Positions 48,772 to 57,559 of a stretch of 64,000 nt of DNA are shown piece by piece. Under the pieces are notes generated by a model. It saw nothing but the letters and a program-made list of their open reading frames with translations, was not told where the DNA came from and made no database searches. The stretch comes from Candidatus Uhrbacteria bacterium RIFCSPHIGHO2_02_FULL_46_47 (GTDB lineage: Bacteria; Patescibacteriota; Patescibacteriia; GWA2-47-26), in contig MGDU01000022.1 of NCBI GenBank assembly GCA_001790815.1, forward strand, positions 108 to 64,107, read 5' to 3'. Position 1 is the first letter of the stretch, and the number at the start of each line of letters is the position of its first letter. The position numbers and the translations under genes were made by a program.

Positions 48772-49471
48772 AGAAAAACATCAGCTGATCATGGGACAGA
48801 TTCTCCGGGATATTTATTCCGATACTTCCATCTCTCCGCTCATTGGATTTAAGGGCGGCACCTGCGCCTACTTTTTCTATGGCCTGACCAGATTCTCTGT
48901 TGATCTGGACTTTGATTTGTTTTCTACCGACGACGCTACACAAAAGATTGTGTACGAAACAATTGGTGGCATACTCCGAAAATATGGGGAAGTCAAGGAT
49001 AACTATATAAAACGAAATACTATTTTTTTTCTGCTCTCTTATGGTGATGCAGACCATAATGTTAAAGTTGAGGTAAATGTAAGAATTTTTATGCCGAATA
49101 TCAGAGAGCACTACGAGCTGAAAGAGTATCTTGGAATTTCTATGCTTGCCGGCAAGAAAGATTATCTCTTTGCAAGCAAGCTCTCTGCGCTGACTGATCG
49201 AAGATTGCTTGCCATGCGTGATATTTACGATATCTGGTATTTTGCTAAAAACAATTGGGATATCAACGCTGCGGTAGTGAAAGCAAGAACCGGAAAAACC
49301 ATTAAAGAACATATGGCCAATTGCATTTCAGTTATCGAAGCAGTAAAAGACAATGAAATCCTGCGCGGACTGGCTGAACTTTTACCAGATGAAAAGGAAA
49401 AAGCGTGGGTCAAAACACACTTGCGGAAAGAAGTTATCTTTCTACTTAAAAATTACATGTCCGTAGTATAA
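48743..49471 (+). CDS. AbiEii/AbiGii-family nucleotidyltransferase toxin, pair 2
   Basis: GFKGGTCAYFFYGLTRFSVDLDFDL. Confidence 0.7.
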   Translation: MRSTKSMLNKEKHQLIMGQILRDIYSDTSISPLIGFKGGTCAYFFYGLTRFSVDLDFDLFSTDDATQKIVYETIGGILRKYGEVKDNYIKRNTIFFLLSYGDADHNVKVEVNVRIFMPNIREHYELKEYLGISMLAGKKDYLFASKLSALTDRRLLAMRDIYDIWYFAKNNWDINAAVVKARTGKTIKEHMANCISVIEAVKDNEILRGLAELLPDEKEKAWVKTHLRKEVIFLLKNYMSVV

Positions 49472-49489
49472 ACCCGTCAAGGGTTCAAC
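49464..49489. repeat. right copy of the 26-bp direct repeat, overlapping the AbiEii stop
   Basis: tagtataaacccgtcaagggttcaac. Confidence 0.6.
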
Positions 49490-49511
49490 CCCCCTCCCCT
49501 GTGAACAAACC

Positions 49512-49540
49512 AAAAAAGAGCTCAATTGGGCTCTTTTTTG
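49512..49540. terminator. bidirectional terminator
   Basis: aaaaaagagc-tcaattg-ggctctttttt. Confidence 0.6.
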
Positions 49541-49545
49541 GTTTG

Positions 49546-50973
49546 CTATTTGCAGGTTCCCATTTTCGAACAGAGAGATGCTCCTATTCCTGTTCCTAAA
49601 ATACCAGTACTGAAATCCCATCCTACACAGTTACTACTATCGCATTGTAAACCATCACAGCAAGGACGTCCCGTCTCTCCTGAGCTGCAGAATTTAATAG
49701 ACGAGTGCGCACCTCCTCCTCCAATACCTGCAATACCAGAATCGCGCATGGGAACACAATACGATTCCGATTGACAGTCTTCGTCAATATCGCATTTTGT
49801 CCCATCTTGTAGTGGAGCACACTTATCAGGTGCAGGAGCAAGACTGCAACGCCTACTCAGGCATTCTTCATTTGCATTGCAAGTTTGCCCTCCTTCTTTT
49901 TGTTTTGAGCATTGCACGCCAGTTACGCTCAAGAGGTTTTGGGTATTAATAAGGATGCATTGACAACCGGTACTAAGACATTTTGCCACATTATCTATAT
50001 TTAATTTTTGTTCGCTCTCGTAAAGATTAATATTACAAGCATTGCATTGAGTTGGATCCACACAAACTGTGGACGCAAGTTTTTTCTGCAAGGCAGCTTT
50101 ATCAGTTTTGGCAAATAGCGCTCCGTCATTGCTTCCCGAAAGATAACCATTGAAATATTCAGATGCTATACGGCCTTTAATCACTTTTTGGCACCCTCCT
50201 GTTCCTTCTGCGCACCACTGCCCATCACATTCTCCGCCTGCAGGCCCGCCTTCGCAGGGCGGATTGCCAGCTTTGACTAATTCTTGATCACTGCAACTCC
50301 ATTTTCCAGTTGGGTGCGCAGTATCCCCGCCGCAAGGAAAGTCAGAGCGGTTGACGCACCACGCTTGAGTTTCTGTAAGTACAGTGCGCGGGATTTTTAT
50401 TGGCGGAAGTTTGAGTTTTACCAAATCCGGATTGACTGTGTTTAAAATCACATACGAGCTCAACACTAAGACAAGGCCAATTAGGGCATTGCTGATTTTG
50501 TGTTTGGCATCCGAGATGCGCTCTGGATTTCCGGCTGAAGTCAGCCATTTAACTCCGGCCCAGACAATCATCACTCCTGCAGTAATTCCGGAAATTCCCA
50601 CAAAGAAAATATAAAGACGCCGGATATAATCCTCAATGCCCTTTACTTCATAGCCGCCAATGGAAACTTGCAGCTTTGTTGTAGGAGGACTTGCCCAGCA
50701 ATTGTAGATATAGCCAGCAGCCTTAGCCGCCTCATTATGTTGTGTTGATGTCTGCTGACAAACCGGATCTGGATATGTGCTTTCGGTTGCTTTATAAGTT
50801 TTACATTCTTCTTTGCGAAAACAAAACGGACCGACTTTGATCTCCGTAGGCGTTGTCGGCTGTTCCACGGCAAAAACAGGCAGTGCAGGAATGTAAGATG
50901 TAAAATTAAAAATTAAAAATGTCAGAAGCAGAAGACCCGATTTTACATTTTGCATTTTAAATTTTAAATTCAT
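49546..50973 (-). CDS. Cys-rich secreted/membrane protein with a VirB2/TrbC-like two-helix hairpin
   Basis: Signal/TM N-terminus, paired hydrophobic helices (FFVGISGITAGVMIVWAGVKWL and ALIGLVLVLSSYVIL), then a C-terminal region of about 290 aa with more than 40 Cys. Immediately downstream of the DsbA-like gene. Confidence 0.4.
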   Translation of the reverse strand: MNLKFKMQNVKSGLLLLTFLIFNFTSYIPALPVFAVEQPTTPTEIKVGPFCFRKEECKTYKATESTYPDPVCQQTSTQHNEAAKAAGYIYNCWASPPTTKLQVSIGGYEVKGIEDYIRRLYIFFVGISGITAGVMIVWAGVKWLTSAGNPERISDAKHKISNALIGLVLVLSSYVILNTVNPDLVKLKLPPIKIPRTVLTETQAWCVNRSDFPCGGDTAHPTGKWSCSDQELVKAGNPPCEGGPAGGECDGQWCAEGTGGCQKVIKGRIASEYFNGYLSGSNDGALFAKTDKAALQKKLASTVCVDPTQCNACNINLYESEQKLNIDNVAKCLSTGCQCILINTQNLLSVTGVQCSKQKEGGQTCNANEECLSRRCSLAPAPDKCAPLQDGTKCDIDEDCQSESYCVPMRDSGIAGIGGGGAHSSIKFCSSGETGRPCCDGLQCDSSNCVGWDFSTGILGTGIGASLCSKMGTCK

Positions 50974-50974
50974 A

Positions 50975-51697
50975 CTATTTCACCCTTGCTAAAATCTGCT
51001 CCCAAAGCTCCATAGGAATCGCGCCGGCGACTTTTTTGCCATTAATGAAAAACGTTGGCGTGCCGGAAACTCCGGCCGCGATCCCGTCCGCGCGGTCTAT
51101 TTCAATTTCATCTTTATATTTGCGGAGATCAAAACACTCATTGAATTTGGTAATATCCAGCCCAACTTCCAGCGCGTACAATTTAATATCAAGATCAGTT
51201 AAGCGCGTCGCATTTTGATAAAGTTTGTCATGCATGGCCCAGAATTTTCCCTGCTCGTGAGCGCAATTGGCCGCCTCAGAAGCGCGGAAGGCATTAGGGT
51301 GAATATCAGTGAGCGGAAAATCTCGGTAGATAAAATGTATTTTTTTTGGAAACCGTGCCATAAGTTCCCGCACAATAAGACTTTCCTCGCGCGAGTATGG
51401 ACATTCAAAATCCGCGAATTCCACAATTTGAAGCGGCGCATCCGGAGCGCCAAATGATGGGTCGTCTGCGGTTAAGTAGGCAAGATTTTCTTTGAGCCGC
51501 GCGGGGGATTGGATATTGCTTCGTGTAAGTCGTGATGAGATTTCAGAGGGTATCTCACCAATTTGGATTTGGCGGTAGAAGCGCACGGTCATGATGCCAA
51601 TGTAAAGCGAGGCGGCAAAGGCCATTGCCCCTACGGCAATAAGCAATATTCCCCACCATTTTTTATACCACGGCTCTGCGGTGATGTTCTCATTCAT
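50975..51697 (-). CDS. DsbA-like thioredoxin-fold oxidoreductase with a CPYS (CxxS) motif, membrane anchored
   Basis: VEFADFECPYSRE plus DsbA-like helical insert residues and an N-terminal TM (WWGILLIAVGAMAFAASLYIGIM). The start is taken at MNENIT to avoid overlapping the GIY-YIG gene. Confidence 0.6.
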   Translation of the reverse strand: MNENITAEPWYKKWWGILLIAVGAMAFAASLYIGIMTVRFYRQIQIGEIPSEISSRLTRSNIQSPARLKENLAYLTADDPSFGAPDAPLQIVEFADFECPYSREESLIVRELMARFPKKIHFIYRDFPLTDIHPNAFRASEAANCAHEQGKFWAMHDKLYQNATRLTDLDIKLYALEVGLDITKFNECFDLRKYKDEIEIDRADGIAAGVSGTPTFFINGKKVAGAIPMELWEQILARVK

Positions 51698-51983
51698 AGG
51701 ACGCTTGACCCCGCACCTTTTGTGCACTCTGAAGGCTACGCATGATGCGGCGTTTAAGTTGAGAATAGACTTTGCCAAACTGTTTGAGCTTTCTTTCACG
51801 GTCTTTGGCATCTTGTATGTTTGCGTAGCCTTCACAATAGACTAACTCCCAAGGCATATATTTCCTGGTATGAAAACTTTTCCCATTATTGTGTTCTTCT
51901 ATGCGTGCACTGAGATCTGTAGTATAACCAATATAAAGAGCACGGCGGTAGATGATACTTCGAAGGATGTATACCCAATACAT
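51690..51983 (-). CDS. GIY-YIG nuclease-domain protein
   Basis: WVYILRS...YIGYTTDLSARIEEHN. Confidence 0.7.
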   Translation of the reverse strand: MYWVYILRSIIYRRALYIGYTTDLSARIEEHNNGKSFHTRKYMPWELVYCEGYANIQDAKDRERKLKQFGKVYSQLKRRIMRSLQSAQKVRGQASYE

Positions 51984-52066
51984 ATCTCAGTGCATTGTGC
52001 ACAAAAGGTGCGGGGTTGACATATCCATGGCTTTAGTATATCATGGATAAACTAGACTGGCGAGCG

Positions 52067-52143
52067 CTTTGAATCATGAATTATGAAGTATGAATTATGA
52101 ATTCGGCCATGATTCCTGATTCATAATTCATAATTCCTGACTC
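52067..52143. repeat. inverted-repeat element of the GAATTATGAA family, upstream of secG
   Basis: gaatcatgaattatgaagtatgaattatgaattc...gattcataattcataattcctgac. Confidence 0.6.
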
Positions 52144-52150
52144 TATTCAC

Positions 52151-52369
52151 ATGCTGCAACTCATTACCACCATCCAAATCATCTCCGCTATTCTTCTTAT
52201 TGTTGCCATTCTATTGCAGCAAAGAGGAGTGGGGCTGGGATCTGCGTTTGGAGGCGAGGGTGCGATTTATCGGACCAAGCGGGGGATTGAAAAAGGAATC
52301 TTCATTTCAACCATAGTCTTCGCGATTATTTTCTTCGCCTCAGCGCTTGCAGGAGTTATATTGCGCTAA
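52151..52369 (+). CDS. secG: preprotein translocase subunit SecG
   Basis: 72 aa with two TM segments and a GGEGAIYRTKRG loop. Confidence 0.65.
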   Translation: MLQLITTIQIISAILLIVAILLQQRGVGLGSAFGGEGAIYRTKRGIEKGIFISTIVFAIIFFASALAGVILR

Positions 52370-54119
52370 GTCAAGCATGTTCAAATTTTTACGCCGTTTT
52401 CAAAAATCTGAAGATCTTGATAAAAGGCTGGTATTCGGACTTTCAAAAGGACGCGTGCCGAAACTCAGCCAATTAAAACTTCTTCCCAAGGTACTAAGCG
52501 CCTATGAGCTGTGGATTTTGAGAATTGCGGGCGCGATTTTGCTTGCCTTTGCAGTGGCAGGGATTAGCATATTTGTTATCCGCCATCGCAGTGTAACTCC
52601 GCAGTCGGGCGGCACTTATCGCGAAGCATTTCCCGGCTCACCGCGCCTTATTAATCCCATTCTGGCATCTTCAGATGTTGACCGGGATCTTTCACGCTTG
52701 ATCTATGGTAGTCTTTTGAAGTATAATGGAGAAGGAGAACTTATCCCCGATCTTGCGGAGAGCTTTACCGTGGAGGGGAGTGGGCTGGCAATACGATTTA
52801 CTTTGCGTGAAAATTTGCGCTGGCATGATAGTCAACCTTTGACTTTGGAAGATATCAAATTTACCATTGCGGCAATTCAAAATCAGGCGTGGCATTCACC
52901 GCTTTGGCGAAGTTTTGAAAATGTGAGCGTGGAGATTCCTGACGCGAAAACCATTGTTATACGATCAAAAGCATTCACGTCGAATTTTCCCAATCTCTTT
53001 ACGGTGGGAATTATTCCGAAGCACATTTGGGAAAATGTGGATCCGGCAAGCGGACGGCTCGCCATCTGGAATATCAAACCAGTGGGCTCTGGGCCATATC
53101 AATTTAGATCACTGACCAAGAGTCGGGATGGAGTTATTAACGCCTTGCGACTTTCTCGTTTTGAGGACTATTATGCAAAGCCGTTCATCAAAGAAATAGT
53201 AGCCGTGTTTTTCTCTGATTTTGAGAGTGCGCTTAATGCTCTGCGAGAACACGATGTTGATGGAGTTAGTTTCATTCCGGAGCGCCTGCGGTCAAAAATT
53301 TCTGGTGTGGGAGTCAATGTCTATAAGCCGAGCTTTCCGCGATTTACCGGACTCTTTTTCCAAGATCGCAAATCTGAAGTACTTCGGGACATCTCCGCGC
53401 GCCGCGCGCTTGCCGCCGCGTTAGATCGGGTAGAGATTGCCAAAATTGTTCCGGGGGCAACGCCTGCTATTGCCCCATTTCTCCCGGGGCAAATAGGATT
53501 TGCGAAAACACTGGCAATTCCAAATGGTGATATTGCGGGAGCAAAGAAGATTTTGGAAAATGGCGGGTGGCGACAAGGCAAAGAAGGTTGGCTGAAGAAT
53601 AAAATGCGGCTTGCTCTTACCTTGACAGTAATGGATGAACCTATTTCCCTGCAAGTTGCTGATTATATAAAAAAGATTTGGGAAGAGATGGGAGTGGGGG
53701 TGAAGCTGGAAGCCGCATCAAAAGTGACGTTTGAACAAGATGTACTTCGACCTCGCGCCTATGAAGTTTTGATGTTTTCGATAACAACCGGCATTGACCC
53801 TGATCCGTATCCATTCCTGCATTCAAGTCAGATTGATGATCCGGGGTTGAATTTATCAAGTGTGAAATCACGAGATATAGATGCGGCACTTGAGCAGGGA
53901 AGATCGGTAGGCAGTGATGTAGCTCGTTTCAAACATTATTTGCAATTTGAGCAATTACTCCTGCGGGAGGTGCCGGCTATTGTATTGTACTCATCTCCTT
54001 ATGTATATGTTGTTTCAAAAAAGGTGCGCGGGATTGATCTCAAGATGATGACTGCGCCGGCTGATCGTTTTAATGGAATTGCACAATGGTTTATGCGCTC
54101 GCGGCCCGGCTGGAGATAA
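52347..54119 (+). CDS. ABC transporter substrate-binding protein, family 5 (oligopeptide/nickel type), membrane anchored
   Basis: N-terminal TM and an SBP_bac_5-like core (DLAESFTVEGSG...RWHDSQPLTLEDIKFT). Confidence 0.7.
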   Translation: MQELYCAKSSMFKFLRRFQKSEDLDKRLVFGLSKGRVPKLSQLKLLPKVLSAYELWILRIAGAILLAFAVAGISIFVIRHRSVTPQSGGTYREAFPGSPRLINPILASSDVDRDLSRLIYGSLLKYNGEGELIPDLAESFTVEGSGLAIRFTLRENLRWHDSQPLTLEDIKFTIAAIQNQAWHSPLWRSFENVSVEIPDAKTIVIRSKAFTSNFPNLFTVGIIPKHIWENVDPASGRLAIWNIKPVGSGPYQFRSLTKSRDGVINALRLSRFEDYYAKPFIKEIVAVFFSDFESALNALREHDVDGVSFIPERLRSKISGVGVNVYKPSFPRFTGLFFQDRKSEVLRDISARRALAAALDRVEIAKIVPGATPAIAPFLPGQIGFAKTLAIPNGDIAGAKKILENGGWRQGKEGWLKNKMRLALTLTVMDEPISLQVADYIKKIWEEMGVGVKLEAASKVTFEQDVLRPRAYEVLMFSITTGIDPDPYPFLHSSQIDDPGLNLSSVKSRDIDAALEQGRSVGSDVARFKHYLQFEQLLLREVPAIVLYSSPYVYVVSKKVRGIDLKMMTAPADRFNGIAQWFMRSRPGWR

Positions 54120-54140
54120 AAAATAACACGCCGCGGTGGC

Positions 54141-54161
54141 GCCTGCCTGCCGGCAGGCAGG
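54141..54161. other. GC hairpin after the SBP gene
   Basis: gcctgcctgccggcaggcagg; there is no T-tract. Confidence 0.3.
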
Positions 54162-54190
54162 GAATGGCAGCCCTGCCCCGTATAGATGGT

Positions 54191-54275
54191 GGGCGAGTGG
54201 TGAAATTGGCAAACACGTACGCTTCAGAAGCGTATGCCGCAAGGCTTGAGGGTTCGAGTCCCTCCCCGCCCACCA
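54191..54275 (+). tRNA. tRNA-Leu (anticodon CAG), long variable arm, encoded CCA
   Basis: Acceptor GGGCGAG/CCCGCCC (one A-C mismatch), D-stem GTG/CAC, anticodon stem TACGC/GCGTA with loop TTCAGAA, variable arm GCC-GCAA-GGC, T-arm GAGGG-TTCGAGT-CCCTC, discriminator A plus CCA. Confidence 0.7.
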
Positions 54276-54279
54276 CTTG

Positions 54280-54346
54280 TACGGGGCGCATCCCGCCAAG
54301 GCGGGACGATCGCAAGGTCATGGGAGTTCGAATCTCCCCCTGGGCA
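54280..54346 (+). other. tRNA-like 3' fragment (T-arm plus 3' acceptor strand) with no matching 5' acceptor strand
   Basis: GGGAG-TTCGAAT-CTCCC-CCTGGGC-A directly follows tRNA-Leu. No gcccagg 5' partner was found on either strand. Confidence 0.35.
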
Positions 54347-54358
54347 TTAAAAAAAATT

Positions 54359-56242
54359 ATGGAATCATCACAAACAGAATTTGTTTCAAAACCAGTGCAT
54401 GGCGGAGGCACTTCTTCAAGACGACCGCGAGGGCGCGGCGGGCGTCAGTTTAGCCGTCCCCGACAGTCGCCGCCCGCTCGCCCTCCGGCAACAAGCCGCC
54501 CGTCGCGTCCTGCGCCTGTTCAAATTACGGCGCCCAGAAGCGGCGCGCCTCGCCGAGACGAGTCGAGGCCGGGCGCGCCTAAACTTTTGGTTTACGCGTT
54601 GGGCGGACTGGAAGAAGTCGGTCGCAATTGTATGGTCTATGAATGCGGTGAAGATATTGTGATTGTGGACATGGGACTTCAGTTTCCGGAGGAAGATATG
54701 CATGGTATTGATTATATTATTCCCAACATTGCCTCACTTCGCGGAAAAGAAAAAAATATTCGCGGAGTGATAATTACCCACGGCCACTACGATCACATCG
54801 GCGGCATCCCTCATCTTTTAGGCAAACTTGGCAACCCGCCGGTCTTCACCACCCCGCTTAGCGCGGGAATTATCCGCAAACGTCAGGAAGAATTTACCAA
54901 AGCCCCAAGGCCAAATATCGTGCTTGTAAAACCAAAGATGAAAATTGCGCTCGGCCGACACTTTGTGTTTGAGCCGTTCCATGTGAATCACAACATCGCC
55001 GACTCAACTGGGGCGGCGCTTCAAACTCCCTACGGGCTCATGTTGCATACCGGCGATTTTAAATTTGACTATACTCCGGTAAATGAACCGCCGGCGGATA
55101 TTGATCACGTGCGATCGTTCGGCGACAAGGGCGTGCTCGCGCTTTTTTCCGACTCAACTGATGCGGAATATCCCGGACACCAAATTTCTGAACAGCAAGT
55201 TTTTGATGAGCTGGAAAAGATATTTGCGGCAAACTCGCAAGGCCGTCTTATCTTTGGAACTTTTGCTTCGCTCTTAACGCGTATTCAGCATATTCTTACT
55301 CTTTCGGAAAAATACGGACGCAAAGTTCTTATTCAGGGTCGTTCCATGGTAACGAACGTGGAGATAGCCCATGAACTCGGGTATCTAAAATTCAAGCAAG
55401 GGATTTTTATTGAGGAAAAAGAGTTTAATCGCCTTCCGGATAACAAAATCGTAGTGGTCTGCACCGGTGGGCAGGGAGAAAAAAATGCCCAACTCATGCG
55501 TATCGCGAATAGCGAACATCGCCTGATTAGTTTGAAGAAAGGAGATTCCATTATTTTTTCTTCTTCCGTGATCCCTGGCAATGAGCGTACGATTCAGAGT
55601 TTGAAGGACGCGCTCATCCGTCACGGCGCAAAGATATTCCACTACAAATTTATGGATATTCATGCCGGAGGCCATGCCAAACAGGAGGAACTCAAACTAA
55701 TGATGCAGCTTACGCGCCCGCGTTATGTAATTCCTATTCATGCAAACCGCTTTATGATCCAGGCGCACGCTGATTTGGCAATGAGCATCGGTTACAAAGA
55801 AGAAAATATCTTTGTGGCAGACAATGGTCAGGTTATGGAGTTTGATGCCAAAGGCGGACGGCTGACTGATAGATATGTGCCAACTGATTACGTTATGGTT
55901 GATGGGCTTGGGGTCGGGGATGTATCTGAGATTGTGCTTCGCGATCGGCAACAGCTTGCGGCGGATGGTATGTTTGTGGTCATTGCCACAATTGATAAAC
56001 GCACCGGCGCCCTCATTGGCAGTCCGGATATTATTTCGCGCGGGTTTGTGTATTTGAAAGAATCACGCGAACTTATTGAGCGCACGCGCAATCTGGTACG
56101 GAAGATTTTGAAAGACACTGATCCAAAATCTGCCGCCTTTGAAGATCATATTAAAAATAAAATCCGCAATGAGGTCGGGCAATATCTCTATACCATGACC
56201 CGCCGCCGCCCAATGGTGCTCCCGGTGTTGATTGAGGTATAA
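54359..56242 (+). CDS. rnj: ribonuclease J with an Arg/Pro-rich N-terminal extension
   Basis: HGHYDHIGG metallo-beta-lactamase motif plus beta-CASP and C-terminal domains. The start is placed at MESSQTEF; the track ORF start at 54086 overlaps the tRNA genes. Confidence 0.8.
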   Translation: MESSQTEFVSKPVHGGGTSSRRPRGRGGRQFSRPRQSPPARPPATSRPSRPAPVQITAPRSGAPRRDESRPGAPKLLVYALGGLEEVGRNCMVYECGEDIVIVDMGLQFPEEDMHGIDYIIPNIASLRGKEKNIRGVIITHGHYDHIGGIPHLLGKLGNPPVFTTPLSAGIIRKRQEEFTKAPRPNIVLVKPKMKIALGRHFVFEPFHVNHNIADSTGAALQTPYGLMLHTGDFKFDYTPVNEPPADIDHVRSFGDKGVLALFSDSTDAEYPGHQISEQQVFDELEKIFAANSQGRLIFGTFASLLTRIQHILTLSEKYGRKVLIQGRSMVTNVEIAHELGYLKFKQGIFIEEKEFNRLPDNKIVVVCTGGQGEKNAQLMRIANSEHRLISLKKGDSIIFSSSVIPGNERTIQSLKDALIRHGAKIFHYKFMDIHAGGHAKQEELKLMMQLTRPRYVIPIHANRFMIQAHADLAMSIGYKEENIFVADNGQVMEFDAKGGRLTDRYVPTDYVMVDGLGVGDVSEIVLRDRQQLAADGMFVVIATIDKRTGALIGSPDIISRGFVYLKESRELIERTRNLVRKILKDTDPKSAAFEDHIKNKIRNEVGQYLYTMTRRRPMVLPVLIEV

Positions 56243-56345
56243 TAAACAACTTTCCTCCCCTTAAGTCCGACGTTTCAGTCGGACTCCGTACCGTAGCGTC
56301 GGAGATAAGGGGAGGTGAGGAGGGGTTATGAATCTCTCATAATTC
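56243..56345. repeat. CCTCCCCTTA-type repeat element between rnj and trpS
   Basis: cctccccttaagtccgacgtttcagtcggactccgtaccgtagcgtcggagataaggggaggtgaggaggggttatgaa; near-identical copies at 57417-57497 and 63143-63240. Confidence 0.7.
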
Positions 56346-56392
56346 CCCCAGACCCCTCTTACCTTAAGAGGGGGGGGATTGACAAGCTATTT

Positions 56393-57409
56393 ATGTCCAA
56401 AGTATTTTCAGGCATCCGTCCATCTGGGCTTCTTCACCTCGGCAATTACCTTGGTGCGATTAAAAATTGGATCGCGCTCCAAGCGAAGCACGATTGTATT
56501 TTTGCCATTGTTGATTATCATGGAATTACCACCCCATTTGAACCAGATGAGTTGCGCCAAAATATCCGTGAAGTTGCTTTGGATTATTTAGCAGTAGGGC
56601 TTGATCCTAAGCATGCCACTCTAATTCAGCAATCTCATGTTCCGGAACACGTGGAGCTGGGATGGATTTTTCAATCCATTTCTCCGGTTTCCTGGTTTGA
56701 GCGCGTGCCAACTTATAAAGAAAAAATTGCCCAACATCCTGAATATGTGAATTTGGGATTGCTTGCCTATCCCGCGCTTATGGCTGCGGATATTTTAATT
56801 TATAAATCCACGCTGGTGCCGGTTGGCGAAGATCAACTTCCACACATTGAGCTCACAAACGACATCGCCAAACGCTTCAATCACATGTTTGGTTCCCCTC
56901 CCCCACTCCCTCTCCCTAAGGGAGAGGGCAGGGTGAGGGTGGAATTCTTCCCCCCAGTCAAAGCTCTCCTTACTGAAGGCGCGCGCATCATGTCGCTTAA
57001 AGATCCTCGCAAAAAGATGTCTAAAACTGGAGACGAAGGCATTGCGCTTTCCGATACACCCGATGAAGTACGCCGCAAGATTAAAACCGCCACTACTGAT
57101 TCCGGGCGCGAGATCAAAGCAGGGGATGATAAACCCGCGCTTACCAACTTGCTTACGATTTATTCTGAAGTATCTGGCACACCAATTAAAAAACTTGAAA
57201 CACAATACAAAGGCAAGGGTTATGCCGAATTTAAAGCTGATCTTGCTGAAGCCGTGGTGGAATTTTTAGAACCAATTCAAAAACGCCGCAAAGAACTGGA
57301 AAAAAAGCGCGGCTATGTGGAAGAAATCCTGTCCTCCGGCGCCGCCTCCGCCCGCCCCCTGGCTCAAAAGACCCTTTTAGAGGTGAAAAAGAAAATGGGG
57401 TTGATATGA
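56393..57409 (+). CDS. trpS: tryptophanyl-tRNA synthetase with in-frame repeat insert
   Basis: SGIRPSGLLHLGNYLGA, VPVGEDQLPHIELTNDIA and KMSKT motifs. Insert at 56893-56947. Confidence 0.85.
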   Translation: MSKVFSGIRPSGLLHLGNYLGAIKNWIALQAKHDCIFAIVDYHGITTPFEPDELRQNIREVALDYLAVGLDPKHATLIQQSHVPEHVELGWIFQSISPVSWFERVPTYKEKIAQHPEYVNLGLLAYPALMAADILIYKSTLVPVGEDQLPHIELTNDIAKRFNHMFGSPPPLPLPKGEGRVRVEFFPPVKALLTEGARIMSLKDPRKKMSKTGDEGIALSDTPDEVRRKIKTATTDSGREIKAGDDKPALTNLLTIYSEVSGTPIKKLETQYKGKGYAEFKADLAEAVVEFLEPIQKRRKELEKKRGYVEEILSSGAASARPLAQKTLLEVKKKMGLI

Positions 57410-57501
57410 ATCCAGCTTCCTCCACTTAAGTCCGACGTTTCAGTCGGACTCCGTACCGTAGCGTCGGAGATAAGGGGCAGCCAGGAGGGGTTATGAAATT
57501 C

Positions 57502-57530
57502 AAAGCGACGGCTGAAAAGCCGTCGCTTTA
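57502..57530. terminator. bidirectional terminator
   Basis: aaagcgacggc-tgaaaa-gccgtcgcttt. Confidence 0.55.
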
Positions 57531-57559
57531 GTGTACCAAGGAAACCTGTAAGCCGCTAT

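Noticed and set aside
54280-54346. A second full tRNA gene after tRNA-Leu.
   Set aside because: It has T-arm and 3' acceptor features, but no complementary 5' acceptor strand could be found on either strand. It is reported as a fragment only.
54015-54411. Minus-strand ORFs 54015-54299 and 54091-54411, and the track start of RNase J at 54086.
   Set aside because: They overlap tRNA-Leu and the tRNA-like fragment. The RNase J start was moved to the MESSQTEF Met at 54359.
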